Below, piece by piece: positions 8,914 through 18,415 of a DNA stretch of 60,914 bases. The first letter of the stretch is position 1. The number at the start of each line of letters is the position of its first letter. The DNA comes from Acidobacteriota bacterium (lineage in GTDB: Bacteria > Acidobacteriota > Thermoanaerobaculia > Multivoradales > UBA5704). The notes under the pieces are model-generated. The model made no database searches, was not told where the DNA came from, and was given only the letters and a program-made list of their open reading frames with translations. The stretch covers positions 1 to 60,914 of the forward strand of contig JBDTZG010000031.1 in the NCBI GenBank assembly GCA_040005235.1. Reading direction: 5' to 3'. The position numbers were made by a program, and so were the translations under genes.

Positions 8914-9297
8914 ATGGCGATGAATGTGAACCAGGGTGCCGAGCCGCCGCTGCTGCGAGTCTTCCGCGACGACGCGGGCGACCTGCGCGCCGAGGATCTT
9001 TCCAGGCGGACGAGGCGCGGGCTGCTGATCTCGTTCCTCGAAAGCGAGGTGCAGGGCAGCGTCGCGGCCGGTCGCGAGATTTTGGAGCAGCTGGCGCAGG
9101 TGGTCGCCGGGGAGCGCCCGCGGGCCACCTGGATCGGCAATGCGCACTCCCTAACGATGAGCAAGAAGACGGCTCGGATCACCGACGAGATGGACACCGT
9201 GGCCCCCGTGCTTCGCCTTCCGCTGGGCGACCTCTACAGCGCCCTGGATGCCTGGTTGGACGTGCTGGAAGGCAACGGCGGCCCCGCGGAGGATTGA
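8914..9297 (+). CDS. YacL/UPF0231-like protein (possible immunity partner)
   Basis: FRDDAG...FLESEVQG...WIGNAHSLT...ALDAW resembles the YacL family. Starts 2 bp after the EndoU gene. Confidence 0.55.
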   Translation: MAMNVNQGAEPPLLRVFRDDAGDLRAEDLSRRTRRGLLISFLESEVQGSVAAGREILEQLAQVVAGERPRATWIGNAHSLTMSKKTARITDEMDTVAPVLRLPLGDLYSALDAWLDVLEGNGGPAED

Positions 9298-9301
9298 TCC
9301 G

Positions 9302-9688
9302 ATGCCGCTCTCGCCGGACTATCGGGCCTACGCCTTGGAGCAGCTCGAACGGGCCGCACCGGTCACCGCGAAATCCATGTTCGGCGGCGCCGGGATCTAC
9401 CTCGAAGGGCTGATCTTCGGCCTCCTGGACAACGACCGGACGTTCTTCAAAGCCGACGAGACGAACGCCGCCCGGTTCGATGCCCACGAGGCGGACTGGT
9501 TCCACCCGTACGGCGACGAGCGGACCATGCCCTACCGCGAAGTGCCGCTTGAGGTGATGGAAGATCCGGAAGAGCTGCGGATCTGGATCGATTCCGCCGT
9601 GGCGATCGCGGCCAAGAAGAAGGCGGCGAAACCGGCGAAGGCCCCCGGGGCCAAGAAGGCGCCCCGAGGGCGGAAGACCAAGCCCTAG
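9302..9688 (+). CDS. TfoX/Sxy N-terminal domain protein
   Basis: KSMFGGAGIY...FFKAD...MPYREVP motif and Lys-rich tail. Confidence 0.88.
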   Translation: MPLSPDYRAYALEQLERAAPVTAKSMFGGAGIYLEGLIFGLLDNDRTFFKADETNAARFDAHEADWFHPYGDERTMPYREVPLEVMEDPEELRIWIDSAVAIAAKKKAAKPAKAPGAKKAPRGRKTKP

Positions 9689-11130
9689 AACCGTCCCCAG
9701 AGGTACTGGTTCGTCACCTCGTGGTGGAACTGGATCTCGCCCGCTTTGATCAACGTTCCCAACGCTTTCGGGCAGCGCTCCGCCTGGGCGTGCTTGATCT
9801 CCGCGTACTTGCCGTGGACCTCTTCCCCGAGCAGGTCGGCGGCGAAGCGGCTCCCTTTGAACAGGCGGATCGCGTCGTAGATGTTGTCCGGCAGGAAGCG
9901 GGTACGCGGGCGCTTGTTCTCCGTCTCCTCCTCGGCGAGGGGACCTTCGAGGCCGGTGCGCAGCAGCGAGTAGATCGCCATGTAAGGGTTCGAGTCCGGG
10001 GCGATCGAGCGGATCTCCACCCGCGCCGACTTCTCGTTGCCGAGAGGGATGCGGACCATCGAGCCGCGGTCGATCGCCGAGGCCTTGATCTGGTTCGGTG
10101 CTTCGAAATGCGGATCGAGCCGGCGGTACGAGTTGACGCTCGAATTGAGGATCAGGCAGACATCCGAGGCGTTGGCGAGAATCCGCTGGATGTAATCCCA
10201 ACCCGCGGCCGACAGGCCGTCCTTGCCTTCTGGGTCGTAGAACAGGTTCTTGCCCGCGGCGGTGATCGACATGTTGGTATGCATGCCGCTGCCGTTGATG
10301 CCGGTGACCGGTTTCGGCAGGAAAGAGGCCGTCATGTCCATCCGCGCAGCGACCTGGCGGGACAAGAGCTTGTAGAGCTGCACCTGGTCGGCGGCGATCG
10401 TCGCCTCGGTGTAGCTGTAGTTCATCTCGAATTGCGAGGGGGCGACCTCCGGGTGGTCCTTCTCGTTTTCAAAGCCCATCGCCCGCTGCACCTCGGCCGC
10501 GCTGTCGATGAACTGCCGCAGGGCGTCGCCCGGCAGAGAGTGGTAGTAGCCGCCGGTGCTCAAGAATTCGAACTGCCGGGTCTCGGGGAAGCGCCGCTCG
10601 GCGTCGCGTCCCTTGAACAGGAAGCCCTCGATCTCGTTCGCGACATTGGCGACCTTTCCGCCGTCGGCGTACAGCTGATCGCAATAGCTCTTGAGGCGGG
10701 CACGAAGGTCGGCGCGGTAGGCCGCGCCGTCGCGTTCGCGGACCTCGCCGAACACCAGCACCTTGCCCGGGCCGAAGACGTCGGACGGCAGCCAGTAAAA
10801 CGCCGGCCAATCGATCGCCAGGCGCAGGTCCGACTCCTGCTGCGCCGAGAAACCACGGATCGACGAGCCGTCGAACGTCAGGTTGTCCGCCGACTTCAGG
10901 AGGAACTTCTTGTCATAGTCGAGCATGTGGAGCCGACCTTCGAGGTCGGTGAAGCAGACCGTGACGGCCTTGATCCGTTTCTCGTCCTGGAGGTAGCGCA
11001 TCCGCTCCTCCTGGATCGACTCGGGCGCCTTGCGCGCCAAGCGGTCCGCCTTGGCCTGGATGTTCATCTCTTCCAGGCGGTCGTAGGGAATCTCCAGAAA
11101 ATCGCGCAACGGCGGCGTGAAGGTCGTCAT
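9685..11130 (-). CDS. glnA: Glutamine synthetase (type I family)
   Basis: FDGSSIRGF, HPEVAPSQFE, PKPVTGINGSGMHTNMS, NSYRRL, RVEIRS. Confidence 0.92.
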   Translation of the reverse strand: MTTFTPPLRDFLEIPYDRLEEMNIQAKADRLARKAPESIQEERMRYLQDEKRIKAVTVCFTDLEGRLHMLDYDKKFLLKSADNLTFDGSSIRGFSAQQESDLRLAIDWPAFYWLPSDVFGPGKVLVFGEVRERDGAAYRADLRARLKSYCDQLYADGGKVANVANEIEGFLFKGRDAERRFPETRQFEFLSTGGYYHSLPGDALRQFIDSAAEVQRAMGFENEKDHPEVAPSQFEMNYSYTEATIAADQVQLYKLLSRQVAARMDMTASFLPKPVTGINGSGMHTNMSITAAGKNLFYDPEGKDGLSAAGWDYIQRILANASDVCLILNSSVNSYRRLDPHFEAPNQIKASAIDRGSMVRIPLGNEKSARVEIRSIAPDSNPYMAIYSLLRTGLEGPLAEEETENKRPRTRFLPDNIYDAIRLFKGSRFAADLLGEEVHGKYAEIKHAQAERCPKALGTLIKAGEIQFHHEVTNQYLWGRF

Positions 11131-11279
11131 CGAAGTTCTCCTCGCAAGGGGCTCAGATTCCCCAAAGATCTCTTGTCGAGGACAAAATCTAACACGCCTA
11201 ATCTAAAAGTGCCAGGACTTAAGCTAAGAATCGATCCGTCAAGGTTTCATGACGGGGAGGGAGCCCGGCGACAAGCGGT

Positions 11280-13139
11280 TTACAGCTCGATCGCCTCCAG
11301 CTCGTCGATCCGCTCGCGGACGAGGTCGAAGCCGCCCTGCCAGAACGCGCGGTCGGTGGGATCGATTCCGAATTCGGCCAGGATCGTCATCGGCCGTGCC
11401 GCGCCGCCGTAGGAGAGCAGCTTGAGGTAGCCCGGCTTGAACGCCTCGCCCTGCTCCTGGAATCGGCGATAGAGCGCGAGCACGAGCAGCTGGCCGAAGC
11501 TGTAGGCGTAGCAGTAGAAGGGGGTTTGGTAGATGTGGGGGATCGACAGCCACTCGTAGCGGAACTCTTCCGAGACCTCGACCGAATCGCCGAACTGCTC
11601 CCTGAGCTTTGCCAGATAGAGGTCGGATAGCTCGTCGAGCGAGCGGCCGGCGAGGATGCCGGCGTGGGCTTCGAGCTCGAACAGCACGAAATAGGTCTGG
11701 CGCAGGACGGTCGCGTAGACGTCGTCCACGGCGGAGGCGAGCAGCTCGCGCCGGGCCAGGGGGTCGGACTCTTCTTTGAGCAGCCGATCGGTGATCAGCA
11801 TCTCGCCAAACACCGAGGCGGTCTCGGCGAGCGGCAGCGAAGCGTGCTGGGTGAGCATTGAATGGCGCTCGGAGAGCATGCTGTGGATCGCGTGGCCCAG
11901 CTCGTGGGCGAGGGTCGCAACGTCGCGGACCCGGCCGGTATAGTTGGTCAAGACATAAGGGGTGATACCGGGCAGGACGGTCGCGCAGAACGCGCCGCCC
12001 CGTTTGCCGCGCCGGGTATCGCTATCGATGTGGTGCTCCGCGAACACCCGCTCCGCCTGGTCGGCGAAGGTCGGGTGGAATTCTCGGAAGGTGTTGAGCA
12101 CCAATTCGGCTGCGTCGGCGTAGGGGACCTGTTTGTCCGAGGTGGCGAGCGGCGCGTAGAGGTCGTAGCGCCGCAGCTTGGGCAGGCCGAGCCAGCCCGC
12201 CTTGAGCCGGAAATAGCGCTGGAACACGGGCGCATTGGCGCGCACGGTCTCGAGCAGAGCCTCGACCGCCTGATCCGGGATGTCGTTGTCGACGTTGCGC
12301 ACCGCGATCGGCGAGGCGTAGCCGCGCAACGTTACGTTTTCGTCGTGCCAGTCGCGAACCCGGTTGACGTAGATCTGGCCAAGGACGGTCGCCTCTTCGC
12401 CGTAGACCTTGTACAGCTCGCGGTAGGCCGAGACCCGCAGCTCCGGGTTGGGCGAGAAGGCGTAGCTCGTCAGCCCGTCGCGGGTGAGGAGCTTAGTTTC
12501 GCCCTCGACTTCGAGCTGGAATTCGATCCGATTGGTGAGCATCGAGTAGAGCGTGACGACGGCGCCGATTCCGTTGTCGTCCTTCAAGTTGATGATCTGT
12601 TCGGAGCGCTCGTCGAGGGTGTGGGGTTTGAGCCGCCGAAGGTCGAGCAGGTAGTGCTGCTCGTCCGGATGCGTCTCTCCAGAAGGTAGCAAAGCTTCGG
12701 CCTCGGCGTCGCTCAGGTTCTTCCACCAGAGGCTGAAGAAGAGGATGCGATTGCTGAAGCCGGTCATCCGCTGGTTCGTCCGATTGCGGAAATTGAGCGC
12801 GTCGCGGTCGCCGGTATTTTCCGAAAACCAGAGCGAAGCGTAGCCGGCGAGGATGTTCATCGCTTCGCCGAGCCGTTCGTACCGGTGGAGGACGGCCAGG
12901 AAGGCGGGGCGCCCAATCTCCGGGTGAAGCTCGGCCCGGCAGGCTTCAAAAGCGGTCACCTGCGCGTCGAGGTCGGCGAAACGGGCGGCGATCGCCGCTT
13001 CGCTCCGCTGCGGCAACAGGTCGGTGAGGTCCCAGCCGCGGATCTCGTAGCGGAGCGGCGACGCGATCGGTTCGGTCGTCTCGGCGATCTCGGTGATCTC
13101 AGAGATCTCGGTCGTCGGTTCGGTCGGGGGAGCAATCAT
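11280..13139 (-). CDS. pepF: Oligoendopeptidase F (M3B family)
   Basis: WDLTDL, GKRGGAFC, TLAHELGH, AETASVFGE, HIYQTPFYCYAYSFG. Confidence 0.93.
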   Translation of the reverse strand: MIAPPTEPTTEISEITEIAETTEPIASPLRYEIRGWDLTDLLPQRSEAAIAARFADLDAQVTAFEACRAELHPEIGRPAFLAVLHRYERLGEAMNILAGYASLWFSENTGDRDALNFRNRTNQRMTGFSNRILFFSLWWKNLSDAEAEALLPSGETHPDEQHYLLDLRRLKPHTLDERSEQIINLKDDNGIGAVVTLYSMLTNRIEFQLEVEGETKLLTRDGLTSYAFSPNPELRVSAYRELYKVYGEEATVLGQIYVNRVRDWHDENVTLRGYASPIAVRNVDNDIPDQAVEALLETVRANAPVFQRYFRLKAGWLGLPKLRRYDLYAPLATSDKQVPYADAAELVLNTFREFHPTFADQAERVFAEHHIDSDTRRGKRGGAFCATVLPGITPYVLTNYTGRVRDVATLAHELGHAIHSMLSERHSMLTQHASLPLAETASVFGEMLITDRLLKEESDPLARRELLASAVDDVYATVLRQTYFVLFELEAHAGILAGRSLDELSDLYLAKLREQFGDSVEVSEEFRYEWLSIPHIYQTPFYCYAYSFGQLLVLALYRRFQEQGEAFKPGYLKLLSYGGAARPMTILAEFGIDPTDRAFWQGGFDLVRERIDELEAIEL

Positions 13140-13236
13140 CGTTCGGCTGGGGCTCGGAGAAAGTCTCCCGTGCGGCCCTTGGCGGCCCGCCGGATTTCAG
13201 GAACGTCGATTCTAGTCGATTGTCGCGCTCGAACCG

Positions 13237-16200
13237 TCAAGGTACGGCCTCCGGGTCCAGGGGCGTCGGGATCTTGGCTGGCAGCAATGTGATTCCGGCT
13301 TCCCGGGCCTGGCGCTCGAAGGCGGGCAGCCGCTCGCCGACGATCTCCTTAAGCTTGGCCAGCTGAACGTCGATCGCGGCCACCAGCTCGTCGCGCACGG
13401 CGATGGCCGAAGCGGTGGGGGGGAAATCGCCGGTACCGGCGGCTCCCGCGGCCCCCGCAAGCTTGTCGTTCAGGCGGATCGGAAAGTTCAGCGGATCTTG
13501 CCGGCTCTCCATCTTCGTCTGATAGAGAGCTTCTTCCACCCCCGAGAGCTCCTTCTTGAGTGCCTCGGCGGCCTCACGGATCGGCTTCTTGTCATCGCCT
13601 TCGAGGCGGGTGGTAAGGGCGTCGATCGAGCCGCGGGTGTCGCGGATGAAGCCGACGGCCCGATGGACCTCGGACAGCTTGTCGCGGATCGAGCGCAGGA
13701 AATCGAACTGCGCCGATAGGTCGGCGGCGCTCGCCGACGAACGCGGATCGGGGAGAACCTCGAAATCGGCGGTCTCGACAGAGCCGTCGACGCTCAGTCG
13801 AACTTGATATCGGCCCGGCACGACCCGCGGTCCGGCCGGGTTGCCGTTCCACAGGATCATCCCCGGAAAATCGACCGCCTGTTCGAGCTGCAGATCCCAG
13901 ACGAAACGGTTCAGGCCCACATCCGCGGGAGCCTTCGGCTCTTTCTTAGCCTTAGGGTCCTTCTTCTTGTCCGCGGTGGCCTTCTCTACCTTCTCGTCTG
14001 GGGCACCTTTGTCGTCCTTGGCGGCCTTTTCGTCTTTTTTGTCCGTGCCGTCCTTGGAGTCTTTTTCGTCCTTCTTCAGCGCCTCGCCGGCAAAGCTGCG
14101 CAACACCTTGCCGTCCGCCCCCAGGAGCTCGATCGTGAGCTTCTCCGGCGCCTTGTCGAGCCGGTAGTACACCACCGCGCCGACCGCGGGGTCGGTGCCG
14201 ACCGTGGGGGAGGGAGCGTCATCGCCGCCGCGCCGGCCGCCGCCGGGCAGCCGCAGAACCGGGCCTGGGGTGTAGAGGTGACGGGAAGCCGCCGGTTTGG
14301 CGCCGGCCTTCGTCGGCTCGCCGAGTCCCTGCCGGAGTAGCGCGAGGTCGTCGAGAGCCCAGAACGCGCGCCCTTGCGTCGCGGCGATCAGGATGCCGTC
14401 GCGGACGATCAAGTCGGTGACCGGCACGATGGGTAGGTTCAGGTTGAACCGCTGCCAGCTCGCGCCGTCGTCGAACGAGGCGTAGACGCCGCGCTCGGTG
14501 CCGGCGAACAAGAGACCCTTCCTCTCCGGATCGGCGCGGATCACCCGGGTGAAGTGCTGCGGATCGATCCCTTGGTCGATCCGCGTCCAGGTGGCGCCCC
14601 AGTCGTGGGTCGCGAACAGATAGGGGTGGAAATCGTCCGACTTGTAGCGGGTGGCCGCGACGTACAGGCCGCCCGGCTCGAACGGGCTGGGCTCCAGGCT
14701 GTTGATCAGCGCCCATTCCGGCATCGCCTTCGGCGTGACGTCCTTCCAGCTGGCGCCGCCGTCGCGCGACAGGTGGATCAGCCCGTCGTCCGAGCCGGTC
14801 CAGAGGACGCCTTTTTCCTTCGGCGATTCGGCGGCGCAGAAGATCGTGCCGTAGTACTCGATGCTCGTGTTGTCCTGGGTGATCGGGCCGCCGGACGAAG
14901 CCTGCTTGGTCTTGTCGTTGCGCGTGAGGTCGGGCGAGATCGCGCGCCAGGTCGCTCCCTGGTCGCGGGTCTCGAACAGGACGTTGCCCCCGGCGTAGAG
15001 CACGCTCGGATCGTGGGGCGAAAAGAACATCGGGTAGTTCCATTGGAACCGGTAGCGAAGGTCCGCGGCGCCCCAGCCCATCGGGATGTCCGGCCAGACG
15101 TCGACCTGGCGCACCTCGCCGGTGCGATGGTTGATCCGCACCAGCAGGCCGTCGTACGAGCCGCCGTAGACGACGTCCGGGTCGCGCGGATCCGCGAGGA
15201 TCGTGCCGCTCTCGCCGCCCGCGGTCGGTTCCCAATCCTGGTCGCCGATCCCCCGGCCGGCAGACGATCGGTGGCGAATCCGCAGGGCGCTGTTGTCCTG
15301 CTGGGCGCCGAGCAGGCGGAACGGAAACGCGTTGTCGGTCGAAACCCGGTAGATCTGCCCGGTCGGCTGGTTGTCGATCGTGCTCCAGGTCACCCCGGCG
15401 TCGTTCGAAACCGAGGCGCCGCCGTCGTCGGCGCGGATCATCCGCAAGGGATCTTCCGGAGCGATCCACAGGTCGTGGTTGTCGCCGTGGAGGGTGTCCA
15501 CCTCGGTGAAGGTCTTACCGCCGTCCTTCGAGCGATGGAAATTGACGTTCACCACGTAGACGGTTTCGACGTCCTTCGGGTCGGCGTAGATCCGCGAGTA
15601 GTACCAGGCGCGCTGGCGTAGCTCGCGGCTGGCGCTGGTGAGCTGCCACGTCTCGCCGCCGTCCCGCGAGCGGAAGACGCCCCCTTCCGCCGCCTCGACG
15701 ATCGCGTAGACGTTCTGCGGGTCGGTCGGGGAGACGGTGATGCCGATGATGCCGAGCGGCGCCTTGGGCATCCCCTTCTTGGCCGACAGGTCGGTCCAGT
15801 GGTCGCCGCCGTCGATCGATTTCCAGAGCCCCGATCCAGGGCCGCCGCTGTCCAGGCTGTAGGGCGTGCGCCGGACCCGCCAGGTCGAGGCGTAGAGGAT
15901 GCGCGGATTGGTCGGGTCGAACGTCAGATCGGCCGCGCCGACTTCCGGAGAGACGAACAGGATGCGCTCCCAGGTGGCGCCGCCGTCTTTCGAGCGGTAG
16001 ACGCCGCGCATCTCGTTCGGGCCGAACAGGTGACCGAGCACGGCGGCGTAGACGAGATCGGGGTTTTTCGGGTGGATGCGAATCCGTGGGATGTGGCGCG
16101 AGTCGGCGAGGCCCACGTGCTTCCAGGTGGCCCCGGCGTCGGTCGATTTCCAGACCCCGTCGCCATGGGAGACGTTGCCGCGCACCGTGACCTCGCCGCC

Positions 16201-16599
16201 GCCGACGTAGATCACGTTGGGATCCCATTGCGAGACCGCGACGGCGCCGATCGAACCGCCGAAGAAGCCGTCCGAGACGTTCTTCCAGGTCGCTCCGGCG
16301 TCGATCGTCTTCCAAACCCCGCCGCCGGTGGCGCCGAAGTAATAGGTCTTGGCGTCGCCGGGACTGCCGATCACCGCCGCGGAGCGGCCGCCGCGAAACG
16401 GTCCGACCTGACGCCACGAAACCGCCTTGCCGAAAGCGGTTTCTAGCGCGGTCGTACCCCTCGGGCCGCTCGCGGCGGTCCCCGCTGACGGCGTCGAGAC
16501 CGTCGGCGGGGTCGCTTTGGCGTGGGGGGAGCCCGCCGCGGCGGCGGGCGGTGCGAGAAGGAGCGCTACGGCGACGAGGGTGAGCAGAGCGGTACGCAT
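13237..16599 (-). CDS. Secreted VPS10/BNR (Asp-box) repeat beta-propeller protein, glycosyl hydrolase-like
   Basis: Signal peptide, many SxDGGxTW Asp-boxes, WRQVGPFRGGRS start, C-terminal helical region. Confidence 0.9.
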   Translation of the reverse strand: MRTALLTLVAVALLLAPPAAAAGSPHAKATPPTVSTPSAGTAASGPRGTTALETAFGKAVSWRQVGPFRGGRSAAVIGSPGDAKTYYFGATGGGVWKTIDAGATWKNVSDGFFGGSIGAVAVSQWDPNVIYVGGGEVTVRGNVSHGDGVWKSTDAGATWKHVGLADSRHIPRIRIHPKNPDLVYAAVLGHLFGPNEMRGVYRSKDGGATWERILFVSPEVGAADLTFDPTNPRILYASTWRVRRTPYSLDSGGPGSGLWKSIDGGDHWTDLSAKKGMPKAPLGIIGITVSPTDPQNVYAIVEAAEGGVFRSRDGGETWQLTSASRELRQRAWYYSRIYADPKDVETVYVVNVNFHRSKDGGKTFTEVDTLHGDNHDLWIAPEDPLRMIRADDGGASVSNDAGVTWSTIDNQPTGQIYRVSTDNAFPFRLLGAQQDNSALRIRHRSSAGRGIGDQDWEPTAGGESGTILADPRDPDVVYGGSYDGLLVRINHRTGEVRQVDVWPDIPMGWGAADLRYRFQWNYPMFFSPHDPSVLYAGGNVLFETRDQGATWRAISPDLTRNDKTKQASSGGPITQDNTSIEYYGTIFCAAESPKEKGVLWTGSDDGLIHLSRDGGASWKDVTPKAMPEWALINSLEPSPFEPGGLYVAATRYKSDDFHPYLFATHDWGATWTRIDQGIDPQHFTRVIRADPERKGLLFAGTERGVYASFDDGASWQRFNLNLPIVPVTDLIVRDGILIAATQGRAFWALDDLALLRQGLGEPTKAGAKPAASRHLYTPGPVLRLPGGGRRGGDDAPSPTVGTDPAVGAVVYYRLDKAPEKLTIELLGADGKVLRSFAGEALKKDEKDSKDGTDKKDEKAAKDDKGAPDEKVEKATADKKKDPKAKKEPKAPADVGLNRFVWDLQLEQAVDFPGMILWNGNPAGPRVVPGRYQVRLSVDGSVETADFEVLPDPRSSASAADLSAQFDFLRSIRDKLSEVHRAVGFIRDTRGSIDALTTRLEGDDKKPIREAAEALKKELSGVEEALYQTKMESRQDPLNFPIRLNDKLAGAAGAAGTGDFPPTASAIAVRDELVAAIDVQLAKLKEIVGERLPAFERQAREAGITLLPAKIPTPLDPEAVP

Positions 16600-16695
16600 G
16601 GCGCGAGCCTCCGAGGCCCGGGACCCAAGCGGCCGGTGCCAGGAGAGCGCGAAATCCGAGGGCTCAAAGCCTGCGGATTCCGCGCCGGGGTCAGA

Positions 16696-17163
16696 TTAGC
16701 GGTAGTCCTCGACGGTCAGTTTGTCGAGCGGAAGGCCGAACGGATAGAAGAAATTGAACACCGGCAGCTCGACCACCTCGGCGAAGTTGAGCAGCCGCGG
16801 TCCCCAGACCTCGATTTCGCTGTCGCCGGCCTCGATACGCCGGTATTCATCGGCCGAGATCTCCAGTTTTTCGGCCATCTGCTCGACCGTTTTGCTGCGC
16901 CTCTCCCGATGGCCGGTAATCAGTTTGCCCGCCTGGCCGGGCTTGCAGTCGGCCGACTTGCCGCTCTCCGCGAGCAGGCGGGAGGTTGGAGTCTCAAGCT
17001 GAATCGCGATGTTTGCGAGCAGCGGACCCCAAGTTTCGGCCGGGGTTTCACCCGATTCGAGGGACCGAAGCTCGTCGGCCGAAAGGCCGACCCTGCCTGC
17101 TGCGTCCTCGACCGAGATCTTTTTACGCTCTCGCTCCTTTTGAATGACCTCTCCAAGCTTCAC
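16696..17163 (-). CDS. Tandem double XRE-HTH regulator, divergent from sbnAB
   Basis: Two internal repeats (ERKKISVEDAA..LESG..WGP and ERRSKTVEQMA..IEAG..WGP). GTG start after GGAGG. Confidence 0.85.
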   Translation of the reverse strand: MKLGEVIQKERERKKISVEDAAGRVGLSADELRSLESGETPAETWGPLLANIAIQLETPTSRLLAESGKSADCKPGQAGKLITGHRERRSKTVEQMAEKLEISADEYRRIEAGDSEIEVWGPRLLNFAEVVELPVFNFFYPFGLPLDKLTVEDYR

Positions 17164-17389
17164 GTTTCGTTCCTCCGCGGTTGGTGTGATCGCCGGAAAA
17201 TGCTAGCACAGGGGCTCCGGCTCGCAGCCGAGATCAAAGCTGTCCCGCATTGCGCGCGTTTTCTCACTGTAGACAGGCGAGAGTCGTGTCTCTTCGGCTT
17301 TTGTGGGGGAGTGGTCCGGATTTTCGTTGGCGCCGTGGATGTGGCGATCCGCCGGGTTGGGTTTAGGTCTTAAAAAAAGGAAGTGCGGG

Positions 17390-18415
17390 ATGGCGGACGG
17401 AGCCCTTCGACGGGAGTCGGACGAGGAAGATCTGGGAATTCTGGCTACGGTGGGCCATACGCCCCTGGTGCGTCTGAACCGAATCCTCTCCGGTTTTGAC
17501 TTGAAGGTGTACGCGAAGCTCGAAGGCTTCAATCCCGGAGGTAGCGCCAAGGACCGGCCGGCGACCGCGATCCTCACCCATTGCCTGGCGACGGGCAAGA
17601 TCGACCGCCGCACGGTGATCATCGAATCGAGCTCCGGCAACATGGGGATCGGCCTCGCGCAGGCGTGCCGGTTTTTCGGTCTCCGCTTTATCTGCGTCGT
17701 CGATCCGAAGACCGCGCCGCAGAATCTGAAGATGCTGGAGGTCTACGGCGCCGAGATCAACCACGTGTTGGAACCCGATCCGGCGTCGGGCGAGTTCCTC
17801 CAAGCGCGGCTCGCGCGGGTGCAGGAGCTGCTGGGCACCATCCCCGGCAGCTTCTGGCCGAACCAGTACCAGACCGCGCTCAATCCGCAGTCGCACTATC
17901 AGACGACGATGCACGAGATCGTCACCGAGCTGGGCCATCTCGATTACCTGTTCGTCGCCACCTCAACCTGCGGGACCATCACCGGCTGCTCGTCGTATTT
18001 GCGCGATCATGGGATCGCGGCCACGGTGGTCGCGGTCGATGCGCGCGGCAGCTTGATCTTCAGCGACAAGAAAGAGAAGCGTTCGGTTCCGGGGATCGGC
18101 GCCGGCATTCGGCCGCCGCTGTGCAATCTGGATCTGATCGATCGCATCGAGTGGGTGAGCGACGCCGATTGCGTCGCCGGCTGCCGGCGCCTGGTACGAT
18201 GGGAATCGATCCTAGCGGGCGGCTCGTCCGGCGGCGTGATCACCGCGGTCGAACGCGTTGCGCCGGAGATTCCGGCCGGCTCGACGGTGGTGGCGATTCT
18301 CGCCGACCGCGGCGAGCGCTATCTCGAAACCATCTATTCAAACACCTGGGTCCACGAGCATGTCGGCGACATCTCGGACAGGTGGGAAGGCGCGGGAGTG
18401 GTGCCATGGCGGTGA
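17390..18415 (+). CDS. sbnA: SbnA-family PLP enzyme (2,3-diaminopropionate biosynthesis)
   Basis: TPLV, KLEGFNPGGSAKDR, ESSSGNMG, VVDPK, WPNQY, TSTCGT; adjacent to sbnB. Confidence 0.9.
   Translation: MADGALRRESDEEDLGILATVGHTPLVRLNRILSGFDLKVYAKLEGFNPGGSAKDRPATAILTHCLATGKIDRRTVIIESSSGNMGIGLAQACRFFGLRFICVVDPKTAPQNLKMLEVYGAEINHVLEPDPASGEFLQARLARVQELLGTIPGSFWPNQYQTALNPQSHYQTTMHEIVTELGHLDYLFVATSTCGTITGCSSYLRDHGIAATVVAVDARGSLIFSDKKEKRSVPGIGAGIRPPLCNLDLIDRIEWVSDADCVAGCRRLVRWESILAGGSSGGVITAVERVAPEIPAGSTVVAILADRGERYLETIYSNTWVHEHVGDISDRWEGAGVVPWR

Noticed and set aside
13081-13116. 9-bp repeats at the 5' end of pepF (TEISEITEIAE)
   Set aside because: Short low-complexity N-terminal extension with no evidence of a separate function.
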